64,000 nt of DNA, taken from assembly GCF_964355755.1 (NCBI RefSeq), contig NC_092675.1, positions 25,826,912 to 25,890,911 of the forward strand, read 5' to 3'. Origin of the DNA: Antedon mediterranea. Lineage: Eukaryota; Animalia; Echinodermata. Made by a program: the position numbers and the translations under genes. Shown one piece after another: positions 28,779-42,905 of this stretch. Position 1 is the first letter of the stretch, and the number at the start of each line of letters is the position of its first letter. Below the pieces are notes generated by a model, which made no database searches, was not told the origin of the DNA, and was given only the letters and a program-made list of their open reading frames with translations.

Positions 28779-30199
28779 ACATATTTAGTAATACCTCGTT
28801 GGTAATTTCTTAATTGCTGGTTTGGTATTGTCTTCGATTAAAACATATAGGGACCTAATACATGTTTAGAAGAAATACAAATTGAGGTTTCTGAGGTTTG
28901 TGACCCCGGGCCCATCAAAACAATAAAGAATGACAGTTTAATGAACATGCTTACATCCATTGTTAGTATTATTTATTATTCAACGTGTATGTATTATTCT
29001 ACTTACTTTCATCTAATCAATGGCAAAGATCCGCTAGAAGCAAGCTTAAGTCAGAGTTATCATTCTGCCAATTACTTCAATGAGTTACATTCTTATCGTA
29101 TTACACACTTTATTGAATGTTTTCCATCGATGCTTTTATAGTATGGATACTGAAACACATGCCTAATGACTCACACAAAAGGTTGCACTTACGCCTCAAA
29201 CTAACCCCAATTATCGATGGTTTGTCTCGAATGACTTCATTATCATTTCAAGATATTTCATTCCATGACTTTAAAGGCTATTATTTTCCGCATTAGAATT
29301 GTAGGTCATAGTTTAAAACTCAATGATAATAATATGTAGGCCTAATAAAATAATATTTTAAAGATCTCTCATTATTCAAAACATTAACATTTTAATTTCT
29401 TAAATATAAAATACAAATTTTCTATAATAAAATAATAATAGTTGAAAAATAGCTAAAGTATTGCGATCAATAATGCGAGCGACCTAATTATTGTGGCAAA
29501 AAGACTGAAATTATAGTCCTATATCGTGATTCAATATATAGGTGACATTTTCAAAATAGATACCGTACTGTTTCTTTTTTCTCTCCTGGTATTAAGCCAA
29601 ATGTTATACTTTGTATACTAGGCCTGCCTATCTTACATTTTCTTGTGATAGTTTGTTTGACACTACCTATTACACCAAAAATAATTATACATTTTATTAC
29701 ACGAAACTTTTAAACATAGGCCTACTAAATACGGAGTAAGCCTTGTAGGGCCAATCATTGTAAAATAATATACCTCCATCCGGATGACTTCTGGATGGTA
29801 TGAATAACAGTGCATAATATCATCAACATAATAGTATTTATAGTAATTATAAAATAAATTTATTTATGAATGAATGACCTTCACATCTGTCAGATGTTTC
29901 ACAGATTTTTGCATTTAATAATTATATTGAGCTAAATTTAATTGCACCTCATTATTATATTGACACCTTTTGTGGTATTTTTAATTAAATAGCTTTCTCA
30001 ATATGCAAAAGGATTGTTCCAGGGTGACTCGACTCCCCTAGATCGATCATTAAAAAATACCTTAATACAGGTCTATTACATGAGTCTCTCGCAGCTATTA
30101 TTTATTAAGAAACGAGGATTATGGTTAGTAAAATACGAACCCATTGTCCACGCCCTACATGTAATGATATAGGCTACGAAACTAACTTTAGGTAAGTTG

Positions 30200-30296
30200 T
30201 CAAATCCAGTCAGCCTGTAGAGGGCCGACAATAGATTTTTTCCCTGTTTTACTTCCGTGTTTATATGTTGACTTTTTTTAGACGAGGTTTAAAAAC
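30200..30296 (+). promoter_or_regulatory. Probable PLEKHJ1 core promoter / short 5'UTR
   Basis: ETS-like ACTTCCG at 30251, about 45 nt upstream of the ATG in an AAACATG context. Confidence 0.4.
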
Positions 30297-33200
30297 ATGA
30301 GATTCTGCGAAGGAGAGCTTTTAGAACTTGCAAAACTTCCTCCAGATTTGGATGGTGTTTTGCAGTTCAAACCCCAAGCTAGCAGAATAAGAGATCAAAT
30401 ACAAGGTTTGTCTGTCCTTTAATTGAATCCACGAATTTCGACCATAATCACGACTGTATATCGACCTATTTTTAGGCCTAGAAGCTAGGCCTACTAATCT
30501 TTAGGGTTACTAATACTAGGAAACTACGAGGAAGGGACCAGGATGGTGGCCTGATACACATCCCAAAACCTAGTCTGGTATAGGCTGAAAGTTGGCTTGT
30601 ATTAAACTTGTATGTATGTGAAAACATCAAGATACTATACAGTATGTTATCACATCAACATTGTTGTTTCAACGTTTTTATTATTTTGTAAAATTCTGTC
30701 CATTCAGCGATCATGATTATTGATAAATAATAAATTATTTCTTAATCTTCCAGCAGCGAGAATTGAAGATGTAAGCACTATATTAATAAGCTTTATCCTG
30801 TTACTTCACAAAGCAAAATATTATGAAATTAGGTAACAGGAAGATATTAAAGCCCAGTGAGTGGAATATAAACATCTGCTTCTCTTTACCATGATATACT
30901 TTGTGCAAAACTGTCATTTGTAGCAATAAATAATATTTGTAAATGGCTGAGTCTACTCATCATAACACTACATACTCTTTTCTTCTCGGCTGTGAAAATG
31001 TAGAAACCATTTCTTGGTAAATTTGCATTTAGTGGTATATTATTGAATTGTATAAACCCTCCATGACACCTGCAAGTGATACTCTCGCTTTCCTTTTGAC
31101 ATTTAGATACTAATTTTTGATATCTATTTTGACAGAATAATTATTAATGTTATTCCCCCCCCCCCTCCCCACTTTCTTGAAAAACTTTCCCTCAAGGTAG
31201 AGACTGTAAAATTAAAAAAAAAGCTTCTACAACATAACTAGGTTTAATAACAGAATGAATTTAATGGAAAGTGTATATTTGCATTTTAAAAATATTTTTT
31301 AAACCATTTGACAGAATGTAAATTGCAAATACAGTCTTTCATATTACAATTGGCATTTTATTGTGTAATTTTACGGGTATTATGCTTTAAAGAAGGTTTG
31401 AAATTTTACTAAAAGTTTGGATGCTTTATACTATTCTTTAAGCTTAGATGCAATGCAAGTGAGTTGACTAATCACAAACGAAAGTTCAGTTACACTTCGC
31501 GTTGTGGTTGGTCAAATCAGGGCTTTGCGTCCAAGTGCGAAAAAAGCCTTCATAACCGATCCTTTTTTTTTCATTTATTCATTCATTTATTCGGTCAAAA
31601 TCAACATACAATACATGATTACATAACAATGTTACAATACAGAAAGTTGAAACTTGAGATTCACAATTAAAAAGAAGGAAAAAATGTTATAAACAATCTA
31701 AAACAAGCAAATGTCTAAAATGATGGTTAAAAAATGGATTAAAAAAGTTTTAAAATGGCATAAAAACAGCATTAAAACAGAATACCGTTTAAAAAGTCAT
31801 TAGAAATACAAGTTATTAAAAAGACAATAGAATATTAAAAGCGTTCAGTTAAAAAGTAAGCAGCAAAATAAAGTTATGAACATAAAGAAAAAAACAGTTA
31901 AGATGAAGACCAGGATAGCCCCAAAAAACCAATTACCTAGGTTTATTTCCGTTGGCGTCCTGTAGTATTGTATTGTGATTTTAAATTATTTTATTTACCG
32001 CCGGTTTTCTCTTTTGTTCGCTAAGTATTCTTTAACCAGTTTTCTAAATATCCAAACACTCATGGTGTTTTTTATGTCGTTTGGTAATTTGTTCCAGTCA
32101 TTAATGGCTGTAGAATAAAAAGTTCCATCGATAGCTTTAGATGCTTTTGGCAGAATGAAGTTGAATTTACTTTGTCGTGTACCATGGCTATGCTGGTCAC
32201 AGACCTTATCAAAATATTCATTTAAATACGAGGGAGCGGAATTATTTAAAATCTTATGCACTGTATTTAACTTTATTTGAGTTACTCTGTCTTCGACATT
32301 TAATAATCCTAGTTTATTCAACTCTTTCTGTCCAATATGGGTTCTTGGTCCTTCACTTAAAATATATCTAACCATATTGTTTTGCATGACTTGTAACTTA
32401 TTTTTACATTTCTTTGTAGTGGCAGAATACCATGAGGAACATGCATAATCGAAATTACATTGAATAAGTGCATACTGTAGCTTAAAATTTTTCTTGCATT
32501 TTCTTAAAACCTTGAATGTAGTGTGTGTGTGCTACCTGAAGTGTAAAATAAAATAAAAAACAATTCTCGTGTCAGAAAAAGATAAATTATTCAGATTTGT
32601 AATTAAAGTATTAGCAGTAGTAGTTTGCTTTTGATTGGCTATCAAATCAGATTATCAAATCCATTAAAAATAAAGTACCCAATTTCAGCAACATCTTAAC
32701 AAAATAATAATTAAATAATTATGTTGCTTCAGTATATTTCACTTAATTTATGTAACCACTTCACAATAGATTCAAATTTATAATGAACTATTGAAGAAAA
32801 CATAACAATAATAAATAGGTTAAATTTATACTGGTTTACTATCAAAAACTAAATATTATAATGGACTACTTTAGCATTACTACATTGTGTCAAGTTTTTC
32901 AAAAAGATAGTGGCCCTTTACTTTTTCAAAAGATACACTGGGTTCTTAAAGTGCCTCTAGTTTTAAGTATGGTACATGTATCTGAGAAGACTAGTTCTAT
33001 GAGAGCCTAGAACCTAGTGTCGATATGGTGGCTGAATCTTGAAGCTTTAATCAAGTGTCACACAGCTGTTTGTAACACAGGGCATGGATTAAACAATCGT
33101 GTCAAATTTATCATGCGCTTTATTAAAAACACAGTGAACTAGATATCACAATCCTACAGTATACATTATAACAACTTTCAGATCCCCATGCCTGCTTAAA

Positions 33201-36200
33201 ATTGAGGAATACCAATATTACAACATTAACAAGCATAAAATACAGTTTTTGTCAGAACCTCTCAAAATGTTGATTGACAAAGCAGGATTTTGGTAACATT
33301 TTATGGACACCAAGACCAACAAACATGTCAAAGATGATGAACTGGGGAGCCGAATTTCGCAAGTGACTGAACCATGTAATCAATTTCCATGACCTTATAA
33401 GAGAAGCCAACATACAGTAAAATATTAATAACTATAGTACTGTATTCCTATTTTGTTTAAGTAGTTTGGGCAAACATCCCATAAATATTCTTGGATCCAT
33501 AATTTAAATTGCAATATACTTTTAATTATGCATTTCTCAAGAGAGTTATCAGTGATTTGTTACTCAGCTGTTTTTGTAATTAAAAATAAAATTTTATTTT
33601 GAAAATTGAGTTTAATTGTACATCTTCTAAAGTATTTAACCATTAAAATTTATATAAATTTTATTTTAACTCCTCAAACTAAATCTGTCATGAGTCTTCT
33701 AAAGTATTTAACCGATAACATTTACAGGTATGTACATTTTAACTCCTCAAACTAAACCTGTAATGACAGCTTAATATACGGGTCTTCTTTTTAAGGAACT
33801 TAATATATAATGTCACCTATAGATCTATTATAATATCAGCAATATATTTTTGTTATAACTGTTATGTAATCATAATTATCCTCATAGATTTTACGATATG
33901 TTTAAATTTAATGTTAATTTCTATAACTACAACCATAGGTCTCATCCTCTTATTTCATCTCCCAAAATACAGGACTAACTATATTTCACCAAAGTATTAA
34001 ATACTCTGGTGCAAAACTTTGGAATGTTTTGCCTCTTTCGTTCCAAAGCATAAAAAATGTAAATAGTTTTAAAAAGATTGCAATATATTATTTATTATCA
34101 AACGATACTTAGCGGCTACAGTATGTTTTTATTATATATTTACCTCTACCAATTGAAAATGTATTAATATAATTTATACTGCAATTGAAATGTACTGTTT
34201 GACGTCTTATTGATTTTCGTTTCTGTGATTTATATATATATATATATGTTTTGTTTGCTTTTGTCTGTTTTGTTTTGGCATCCTTTACTCAAGCATTTGC
34301 TTTATTGTTGACGCCACCATTTTAAAAATAAATATTAATTTTGATTGATTGATTGATTTGAATGATTATACAGTAAAATATTATACCATTTTAGAAAATC
34401 TTACTATTTTTATACTGTAAGATTTATCCTAGCACTAACTAAACATAGGATTTGAATACTGAACTGAACTGTTATACAGGTAGAAATAAAATGTTTCTTA
34501 ACATTATGTCTTCATTGATTTTTATTTTAGTATTTTGATGAGGCACCGTAGGTTAAATTAAAATGATATTAAAGTTAAGATACTACAAAGATTAAAGATA
34601 ATGAATGCAATTTATGTAACTCGATAATTATCATTATTTTATAATGATTTTATAACGAGAATGAGTGCATTCAATAGAAATAAATTTGCTAAAAGATGTT
34701 ACCGGCACAAAACGACAATAGTACAAGTTACCATGGAGAAATCATCCTCTTCTGTTCCTTGTAATTGATATGTATTGAATTGAATTGAATTGAAATGTAT
34801 TCTCTTGTTATGATACACTTTGTGCTTTAAGTTGCTTTGTAATTTTTATATTAATTCATAATTATTTATTTGGGGTATTTTTTCAAGAATTACCTAAAAT
34901 AACTGATATATTGAGAAATGAAATGAATGCCAATGACATTTAGTTCATGTAAGAAATTTGCAATATTTCTATTGTCTAGATAGAGAATAAAACGCTGTAT
35001 TAAATAAGGATAAATACATGCTATCAGCACAGTCAACTGGTTTTCTATAGGCATGAACATTCATGGGTGTAATGTCTTACTTCATATTTTTTATCAGTGA
35101 GGCTATCGCATGGCCAAGCGTTGTTCACTATCAGCAGAGTCAACTCACAGTGTGCCCTATCTGTATTTTAGTTAGTGGCTACAGTGATCTAGGCGCTAGG
35201 CCAGTGGAAAATAGTAAACTACATCAGTAAGCTTCCCATTTTATCCAGTATTTACATAAGTTCCATAGTATTTATAGTATTAAATTATTTATTTTATTAT
35301 TCAAAAATAAATTCTTGATGTACTGTATAATATTATAATCATTCCTTTTTTTAATTTTTAGGCTACAAGTCAAGATGGTTCAAGTTAAAGGGAAACTTTT
35401 TATTTTATTACAGAATAAATGATGAAGGAAAAGTTAGAGAAGTAAGTATTGAAGTCAATATGTACTTTAATTAGTAAATCATTTTGAGTGAAATGAAGTG
35501 GCGATTATCTCTGATACATATCTTGAATCTTTAAAGTCAAAGCGTATCCTCAGGTGAGGCTCATTAAGATAATGAAGTCAAAGTTGGCTGTTTTAGTGAT
35601 AACATCACAAACTATTAACTTTCTTATCTTAACCTTTAAGTAAGTGGCTCTGAAATTGATGAGTTTTCACAAAATGTAAAAGTTTATTGAACTCCCTGTT
35701 TATTAAAATTATATAGAACTTCTCCTTTGGGATACCTTTATTAAGTAGACACGTTCCTTTGTAACGAATGATAATATTATGTTTTAACACTAAGACCAAC
35801 CCCTATTTAAGAGGATACCTAAGAAGACAGTATATGTTAGTACTACTAACATACTTTGGTTCCCTAAGGTGTCCCCTTAATAGGGGTTCTAGTGTATCTC
35901 AATCTTTGTTTAACTATAAAAGATAAAATACCATAACTCTGCAATGTTTAAACAACATTTTCTATTAATAATTTTGTTGGTTTTGTTTGAAAGCTTCTTG
36001 GTGCATTCTTGATGGAGCGATTTCGTATTCTCCTGGAAGTCAAACCTAATTTTGCATTTTCAATTGGTAAGTTTAACCAAACTCATATAATGTTATTTGC
36101 ATTTAAGATGTATTTACTGCAGTAACTGCAGTAGAATTGGGACAGCTCTTGGTCTTTATTCTACATTACAATTTTTTTTTTAAACTATGTAAAATCGATG

Positions 36201-38678
36201 TTTGAGTCAGTGGCCTTTCTTCTGTTTAATTATGTTATAAATTATAGTCCCTTATGATCAGCTTCGGCTGAATGGACCACCCTCGTAAAATACTGTTGAA
36301 ATAAAAATAATTACGGATTTTATCTTCTAGCCTTTCAGAATGATCGTGAACGAAAGTATATTTTCGTGACGAACTCCAATGCTGAATGCCAGCGATGGTC
36401 AGCTGCATTACGAAATGCAAGGTACTGTATGATTTAAACATAAAAGAGGCTAGGTTACATCATGACCTTTCTATTTAATATCACTATTAGCATTTGCATT
36501 TATTACACCATAGAGATTACTACCTTTAGTTGTGTCCTTATTGTTATGTGCTCATTTTAAATTATTTTTTTTGTTAGTTCAGAGAAATAAAAATGATCAA
36601 CTTAAAACATACTTTAGCAGTTCCATTTTGGAAACATCATACAGTAAATTATAAAATCAACCAAAAACATTATTTTTATAAAAAAAATTTCCATTATGAC
36701 TCCTGATTCATTCATAATTTTATTAAAAGTAATCGTCAAAAGAAGAAATTATGTTTAACACCCCTATCGGATAATGTTATTATCCACAAACTGCGCCCTC
36801 AAGTGAGTGCCATCCCACCTACTAGTGTCATCATTTCTTTTGATCTTGTTGGTGTTGTAACAGCTGTCTCCCTTGGACTCGAACCAGACCCTAGACATCA
36901 GTATAAATTCTGTGGTCTTTTGAAACAAGATCACCAGGTCATAGTTTTGAGTCTCACAGACTAGAAGAAATTTACTGTACTTGTGCTCAATCCTGACCTG
37001 TTGCAGGATTCAATCCTGACTTGATCCACAGTTCAATCATGACCAGATCCAGTGTTTAATCCTGACCTGGTGTAGGGTTCAATCCTTACCTGATCTAGGG
37101 TTCAATCCTGACCTGGTGCAGGGTTGAATCCTGACCTGATCCAGGGTTCAATCCTGACCTGGTGCAGGATTCAATCCTGACCTGGTGCAGGATTCAATCC
37201 TGACTTGATCCACAGTTCAATCATGACCTGGTCCAGGGTTCAATCCTGACCAAGTCAAGGGTTTAATTTTGACCTAGTGCCATGGTTGTAACTCGAATAA
37301 AAACTACTACTACTACTACTACTACTTCAAAATGATTATTAATTTACAAGATAATTGTCTCCTTTCAACTTTAATGTTTTATTGTGGTTAAAGTTATTAA
37401 GTAAAACTAGAGCAAATACGATAATAATTAACAAGAGTATCGCTACAACAGTGCAACCATGTACATCAGCGTAGGAAATTATTTAAAAGCGAATATAAAA
37501 ACAAATGAACCATAATTGATCATAAGAAACAGTTAATTGCAGTAAATTGCTTTTAGATATTTAACATCTAAGCAATTGTGCTTGATGGTAACCATTTAAA
37601 GTACTTTATTAAAGAGACAATATTCTGGAGACAAACTACTAACATGTCAAAATAGACTTGTTTTTCTCTAATAAATGGCACCATTTTAAAAAGGTCGTAC
37701 GCTATTTATTGCTAGTTTTTCTTCTTGCTGTCGTTCGCGGACAAGTTTTAATGTAGTTAGCAAGCCTGGCTTGTTTAAGATGTCTACATAGCTATTGGCA
37801 TGATTCGAAGGGTTCATTTCAAATTTTTTTTTTTCTGCAGTTAATGCAGTAACTAAAATAGTTTTTTTCAATGTTGAAATGACTGCAATGTTGAAATGAC
37901 TGCACAATAACAGTGTGTATGATTATATTATTACTCTAAAAAAGCTTGAGAAATAATTGCATAAACATGGTTAAAGATTAAACAAGCTGTATAACTGCAG
38001 TAGAATTGTGAAATGTCCCTATAAGTCCTTCCAACTTTATACTTCTGTAGATGGATAATACAGATAATTTTAAACACTGCATGGTACAATGAAACAATTA
38101 TAATGTGTATAAAAAAAAGCATGCACATTCAATAACAACCACTTATTGTTAATAAGAACATTAGTAATTGAAGAAAAGATATTACAATCTACTTTGTGAA
38201 AGAAAAACAGTTTCATTTAAATAAATATTAATTTACACAATTTAAATTTTAGAAAGTAGTATTCTGTAAATAATCCATTTTCACTTTAATAATGAATTAA
38301 TGCAAAATAGAAGAATATTTTGAATGTATGCTTCATTTAATTTATTTCATTGTACAGTAGATTAGTTATGTACAGTAGTTTCTTTATTGTATAAATATTT
38401 ATTTTTATCACAATTTATTTAATACCAACTGTAAAATACTGATGCTCAATTCTGGCATAAGATATTGAAATTTAGGTTGAACTTTTCCAAATATAGGAGG
38501 CCATGTTTCCCATCTTTCATGTTCCAGCTCTTAAAATTTGTGTTTGTGTATTTGGAACAATTTGATATCAAGTATTGTTAAAACATAAAAAAAATATAAT
38601 TTAGGCCCAGGCTAATGTTTATTTTAGCTTTAACTTGTGGGCTCAAATATTGTTATAGAATATTAAACACGTTTTAGG

Positions 38679-38712
<34 letters not shown>

Positions 38713-40675
38713 TTGAAGAAAACAGCTTAATACAGGACTAGCTTACCTGGATAAACCGACATAGGTCTATTCCCGTTTGTGGGGAGAACATATCGAAAAG
38801 TAAAAATATTCATCATATTCCCCTCAAAGTCAGTGGCAACGTCCGTGACCATGGCCTCAGGTTGGCAGCAACGCCCATACATACCTCACCATTTCTTTTT
38901 GAGACCTCGAAACGTTTACACATGTCGCCGTATGAGAGAGATACAGTATCTATTGTTATAACTTGAATTCAAGATTATAATCCAACTTGAATCCTACCCC
39001 CTAATTGTTGCCTGATTTCATATACAGGCCCCTGAGACTAACACTAGTATGGTATTAGCATATCATTATAAAAATAAACAGTTTCATTTACATTTTCACT
39101 CTGTTTAAACTAATATATTTTGTCTGTGTAAGGGGAGGTTTTTTTCTTTTGGAAATATTCTCATCTTATTCCTTTTTATATAATTTGTGTTATTACTTTA
39201 TTATCACTTTAACATTTTTCTTTTTAAAATTGATTATATTTGTTATGTTTGAACCAATTTATAGTGAATTGAAATGGAATAATTTATTATAGATTTCAGT
39301 TAAACATAGTGAATCAATATTTAATTTAACTAATCACTGAACAAAATCAAAAGAATAAAAATAATGTAATATTAGACATAACAGTTGCAATATGTTTTAT
39401 GTATTTGGTGATTATAGACGCAAATCGAAAAATAAAATATGCATGTTAGCAAAATTGGAATTTGAATAATTAATTATTCAGGTTTTAACCATTAATAGTT
39501 ATTATGTTTACTGAGAGACATGCATTTGAAAAAAATGCAAGCAAAATGTATTATGTTTAACATCATTGTTTTTTTATTATTTTGTTTAGTTATGAGAAAT
39601 TACAAACGCAATTCTTCCTTCTACAACAAAAATTGATCCGCATTACAGGGAAAGTAAGTTGTAATAAACATTTTAGTTTTTTTTCTAACCCACTGAATTT
39701 GTTTAAAATACCAATGAAAGATAATTAATACTGGAATCAGAACTTGAATGTAGGTTTATAAGGTGATTATAGATGATGTCATATCACTAAAATATTTGGG
39801 CGTATCACTACCGTATATGAGAACATCACACTTTTTTTGTAAAACTAGTTTGATAGTGTATACAGAGGATTAAGCCTGTACCTATTTTATATACAGAGCT
39901 ATTTTATGGCTACGGTTTGGATCACCCCTCCCTTTTGCTCAGCGATTTAACTCTGAGAATTTTGTTTTGTTTATTTCAGAATCCAGTACAAAGGCATGGA
40001 TTACAAAGGTATTATGTGGATTTTCTGAGTGAAGATGGCATAGAAATAAATGACGATGATAAGACTGATGAAATTAAACCAAAGATAGAATTGACAACGA
40101 ATTGTGACAAAGAAACAAAGCATGATCAAACTAAATCCAAAGAAATAAAAAATAAAAGGCATCCATTGGCTTCCATACAAGAACATAGATTTCAACAAGA
40201 ACAGGGTAATGACAATGAAAAACAATGCAAATTAGAAAAACAATCAGATAGTGTAAAGAATAAAACGGAGACATCTCATAATGGTGCGGCGAATTCGGTT
40301 TGTAAAAAAGATGAAGAAAATTGCTTAGCTTTTGAAAAGAAAGATAAGGCAAACATACAAAGAGTTAGTTTAAAGAAAGGAGAAATGAATGCAAAGGAGG
40401 AAGGAGGCAATCACATTGTTTGTGAAAACAATGAGGAAAGTGATATTGTTTGTGAAGAAAAAGAGAAAAATTGCATTGCTTGTGAAGAGGATGTGAATAA
40501 TTCAGTTAGCTGTGGTGTGGACAAGGCTGATTGTGTACAACAGGGTGAAGAAAAACAGAATAATACTACAAATCAGTGTGAACAAACGTTTAAAGAAACG
40601 AATAAGGATTTTGAGGTTGATATACAAAAGGTTGAAGAATTGATAAACAATGAAACATTAACCAGTTATTTTTAG
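30297..40675 (+). CDS. PLEKHJ1: Pleckstrin homology domain-containing family J member 1-like, 6 exons, ~370 aa. Exons: 30297-30405, 35362-35441, 35994-36066, 36331-36421, 39590-39653, 39980-40675
   Basis: Phase-consistent GT-AG exons give MRFCEGELLELAKLPPDLDGVLQFKP...GYKSRWFKLKGNFLFYYR...LLGAFLMERFRI...FAFSIAFQNDRERKYIFVTNSNAECQRWSAALRNASYEKLQTQFFLLQQKLIRITGKNPVQRHG. This matches the PLEKHJ1 pattern as I recall it (MRYNEKEL.., NFLFYFR, GALLLER, ERKYHF..CQEW..ALRRASYE, VTGKDP). The last exon is the bulk of ORF 39917..40675. Confidence 0.9.
31562..32472 (-). mobile_element. 5'-truncated L2/Crack-like (CR1 group) LINE in PLEKHJ1 intron 1
   Basis: ORF 31995..32387 extends upstream to ALIQCNFDYACSSWY...LQVMQNNMVRYIL and includes APSYL, HSHGTR, TFYSTAINDWNKLP. 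The 3'UTR ends AATAAATGAATGAATAAATGAAAAA. Confidence 0.85.
33880..34362 (+). mobile_element. Degraded L2/Crack-like LINE 3' end
   Basis: Remnant HQSIKYSGAKLWNVLPLSFQSIKNVNSFKK followed by a 3'UTR with AATAAA and a (GATT)n tail. Confidence 0.6.
36988..37287. repeat. 23-bp minisatellite (~13 units, consensus CAATCCTGACCTGGTGCAGGGTT) in PLEKHJ1 intron 4
   Basis: Directly visible 23-bp periodicity. Confidence 0.92.
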
Positions 40676-42481
40676 CTGAAATTGAAAGTGGATCTAGTGA
40701 AAGTGTAGGAGGATGATTGAAGCATGAAAAAGACTAGTCTGTTTGCCGTCAGATGTTCAAACAAAGAAATGTGACTTTTGTTAGGGCTACCTAATCAAAC
40801 GTGTGAATTCCCATTAATCTCCAAAATATACGCATAAATTAGGTGATTTTTTAAATCAAACAACCACTACACTTACAGTATCTTACATAAAAAATGTTTA
40901 ATGTGAGTTTATGTCAACTTCAGAACAGAAAGAAACTCAAGTTCACTGAAACAAACATACACCTACATCCAAGGGTACCATGCTTTCAATGCTTTATACA
41001 ATGAAAAAAACTAACCTCACATATGAATGTCCATTTGAATACCCTTGGCATTATGTAGGATGTTTTAAGGGGCACATGGGACTGTATTTCAAATAAGCAC
41101 CCAATCATAATAAAACATATATCTTTTTATTTCCCCCATAAAAACGAAGAAATGATTATTATTAATGTCGATGGGGATTCCTTTCTAAAATCTCTAAAGA
41201 GATTTACTTGAAAATGAAATAAAATTATAAATTATTGTTGATATCAAATGATACGCCATTGATGTTCTTCATGCCTATTCAATATTTTTTATAATCCATA
41301 TAAAATAAAATTACTGCAGATAATAACCGGGTCCCCAAGTATTTCATGTGAGTGTTAGTACAGTCTAGAGACATTAAGCATGTATGTAGATAATATAGTA
41401 AAGAGTTATTCGTTTTGTGCCATGTTTATACATTTTGGTATTTTATCCAACACTATACTGGCCTTTAAATCAAACTCAATCTTCAGGACATTGTTATTAT
41501 TCAATTCTGTGCAATTAACAATATTCTACCATTTTAATAGCTATACAGTCCATTCTCCCAATACCGGATATGCTTAGGCTGGCCTAACATGTCAGGTTTT
41601 CCAGAAATTCTGATATTCCGTAAGTGTTTTTAATGGTTAAAAAAGGGAAATTTTGGGAGAGTTGACTGTATTTAGGTGTGTGCTATTTCATGTAAATATA
41701 ATATTCCATTAATGACTATCATTATAGTTTATTTTGTCATACAATATATATATTATATTAATAGTATATTAGGTAGTTTTTATACAGCCTAATAGTGCAT
41801 GTAAAATATAACATTTCAACAATAACTAGTATTTTAAAAATTGTTTAATTATCAATTTTGATAGCTAATGATACACCATCTAACTCAAATTGACATATAT
41901 TACATAGGTGTTTTAATCGGGTATATCAACATGACCAAAAAAGAAAGTTATTCCAGAATCTAGTGTTCTGATAGTGATAATAAGTCATTTTTATTGATAT
42001 GCTGTATTCTCCGAAACCGATCTGGACATATTATCTCCCAGAACCAATTTCAATAGTGGAGAAAATCTTAAAAAAACATGATATACATTCCATGGTTGTT
42101 TATATTTCTCTCTATCACAAGAAATGTTTGATTTATTATCATATTCCGCCATAAATTTTCTAAATTATTGTTAACGTGGGATCTATAAACATCTTACACA
42201 TTTTGAAAAAATCACTTTGTTTATCGTTAATGTGTTTTATTTGTACACATTGAGTGGTAAATGAGTGCTTTATATGCAAAAGGTGATGTATAGAATTTTA
42301 ATTTGGATGTTTTTACATAGAAACACGTATAACCTACTAATCTGAAGCACATTAGCCATAGGTTGATTTTTCACTGACCTCATTAAACTTTGGTATATCT
42401 TTATATTTTTAAAATCACATATTTATTTACTATATAGCAATATATAAAATTATATTAATGGATTGTTCTGAAAGACTATTA

Positions 42482-42487
42482 AATAAA
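42482..42487 (+). terminator. Candidate poly(A) signal (AATAAA) of PLEKHJ1
   Basis: AATAAA followed about 25 nt later by GU-rich GATTGATTGTGCTTT. Other AATAAA occur earlier in the UTR, so the assignment is tentative. Confidence 0.3.
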
Positions 42488-42899
42488 TATCACCTTATAA
42501 TTTCAGTATGAGATTGATTGTGCTTTACTCCAGTACTTTGTATAACCCTTTCACATCCCCTAGCAACATTCCAAAGTTTATACACACCAGTATGTCAAGA
42601 AAAGCATTTTGTTTGGTATGAATTAAATGGGAAACTATGGAGTTCAAAACATGAGGGTTGAACGGTTCCAAGTATGAACCGAGGATACAGTACCAACAGC
42701 ATCATTGTTTAAACTGGTATGTGAAAGAAGTTTTTCCATAGTTTCTAGTCAATGTGAATGGTACTAGTGCACTGGATACACTCTGATGTTTCTCTGTTGA
42801 CTAATCATGGTGGTGAAAGGGGTACAAACACACGATTATTAAACAAAACTACAAATACAAAAGAAAAAGGAATACAAGTTTCAAATATATGGTTCACAT

Positions 42900-42905
42900 T
42901 TTATT
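42900..42905 (-). terminator. Candidate poly(A) signal (AATAAA) of YTHDC1
   Basis: TTTATT on + strand about 780 nt past the stop, followed on the minus strand by a long U/GU-rich tract (42840-42880). Confidence 0.5.

Noticed and set aside
30754-30832. Possible 79-nt cassette exon in PLEKHJ1 intron 1
   Set aside because: Not needed for the PH domain and frameshifting; its splice sites are of a strength expected by chance in AT-rich introns.
36988-37287. CRISPR-like appearance of the regular 23-bp array
   Set aside because: Units are contiguous with no unique spacers, there are no cas genes, and the context is a eukaryotic intron.
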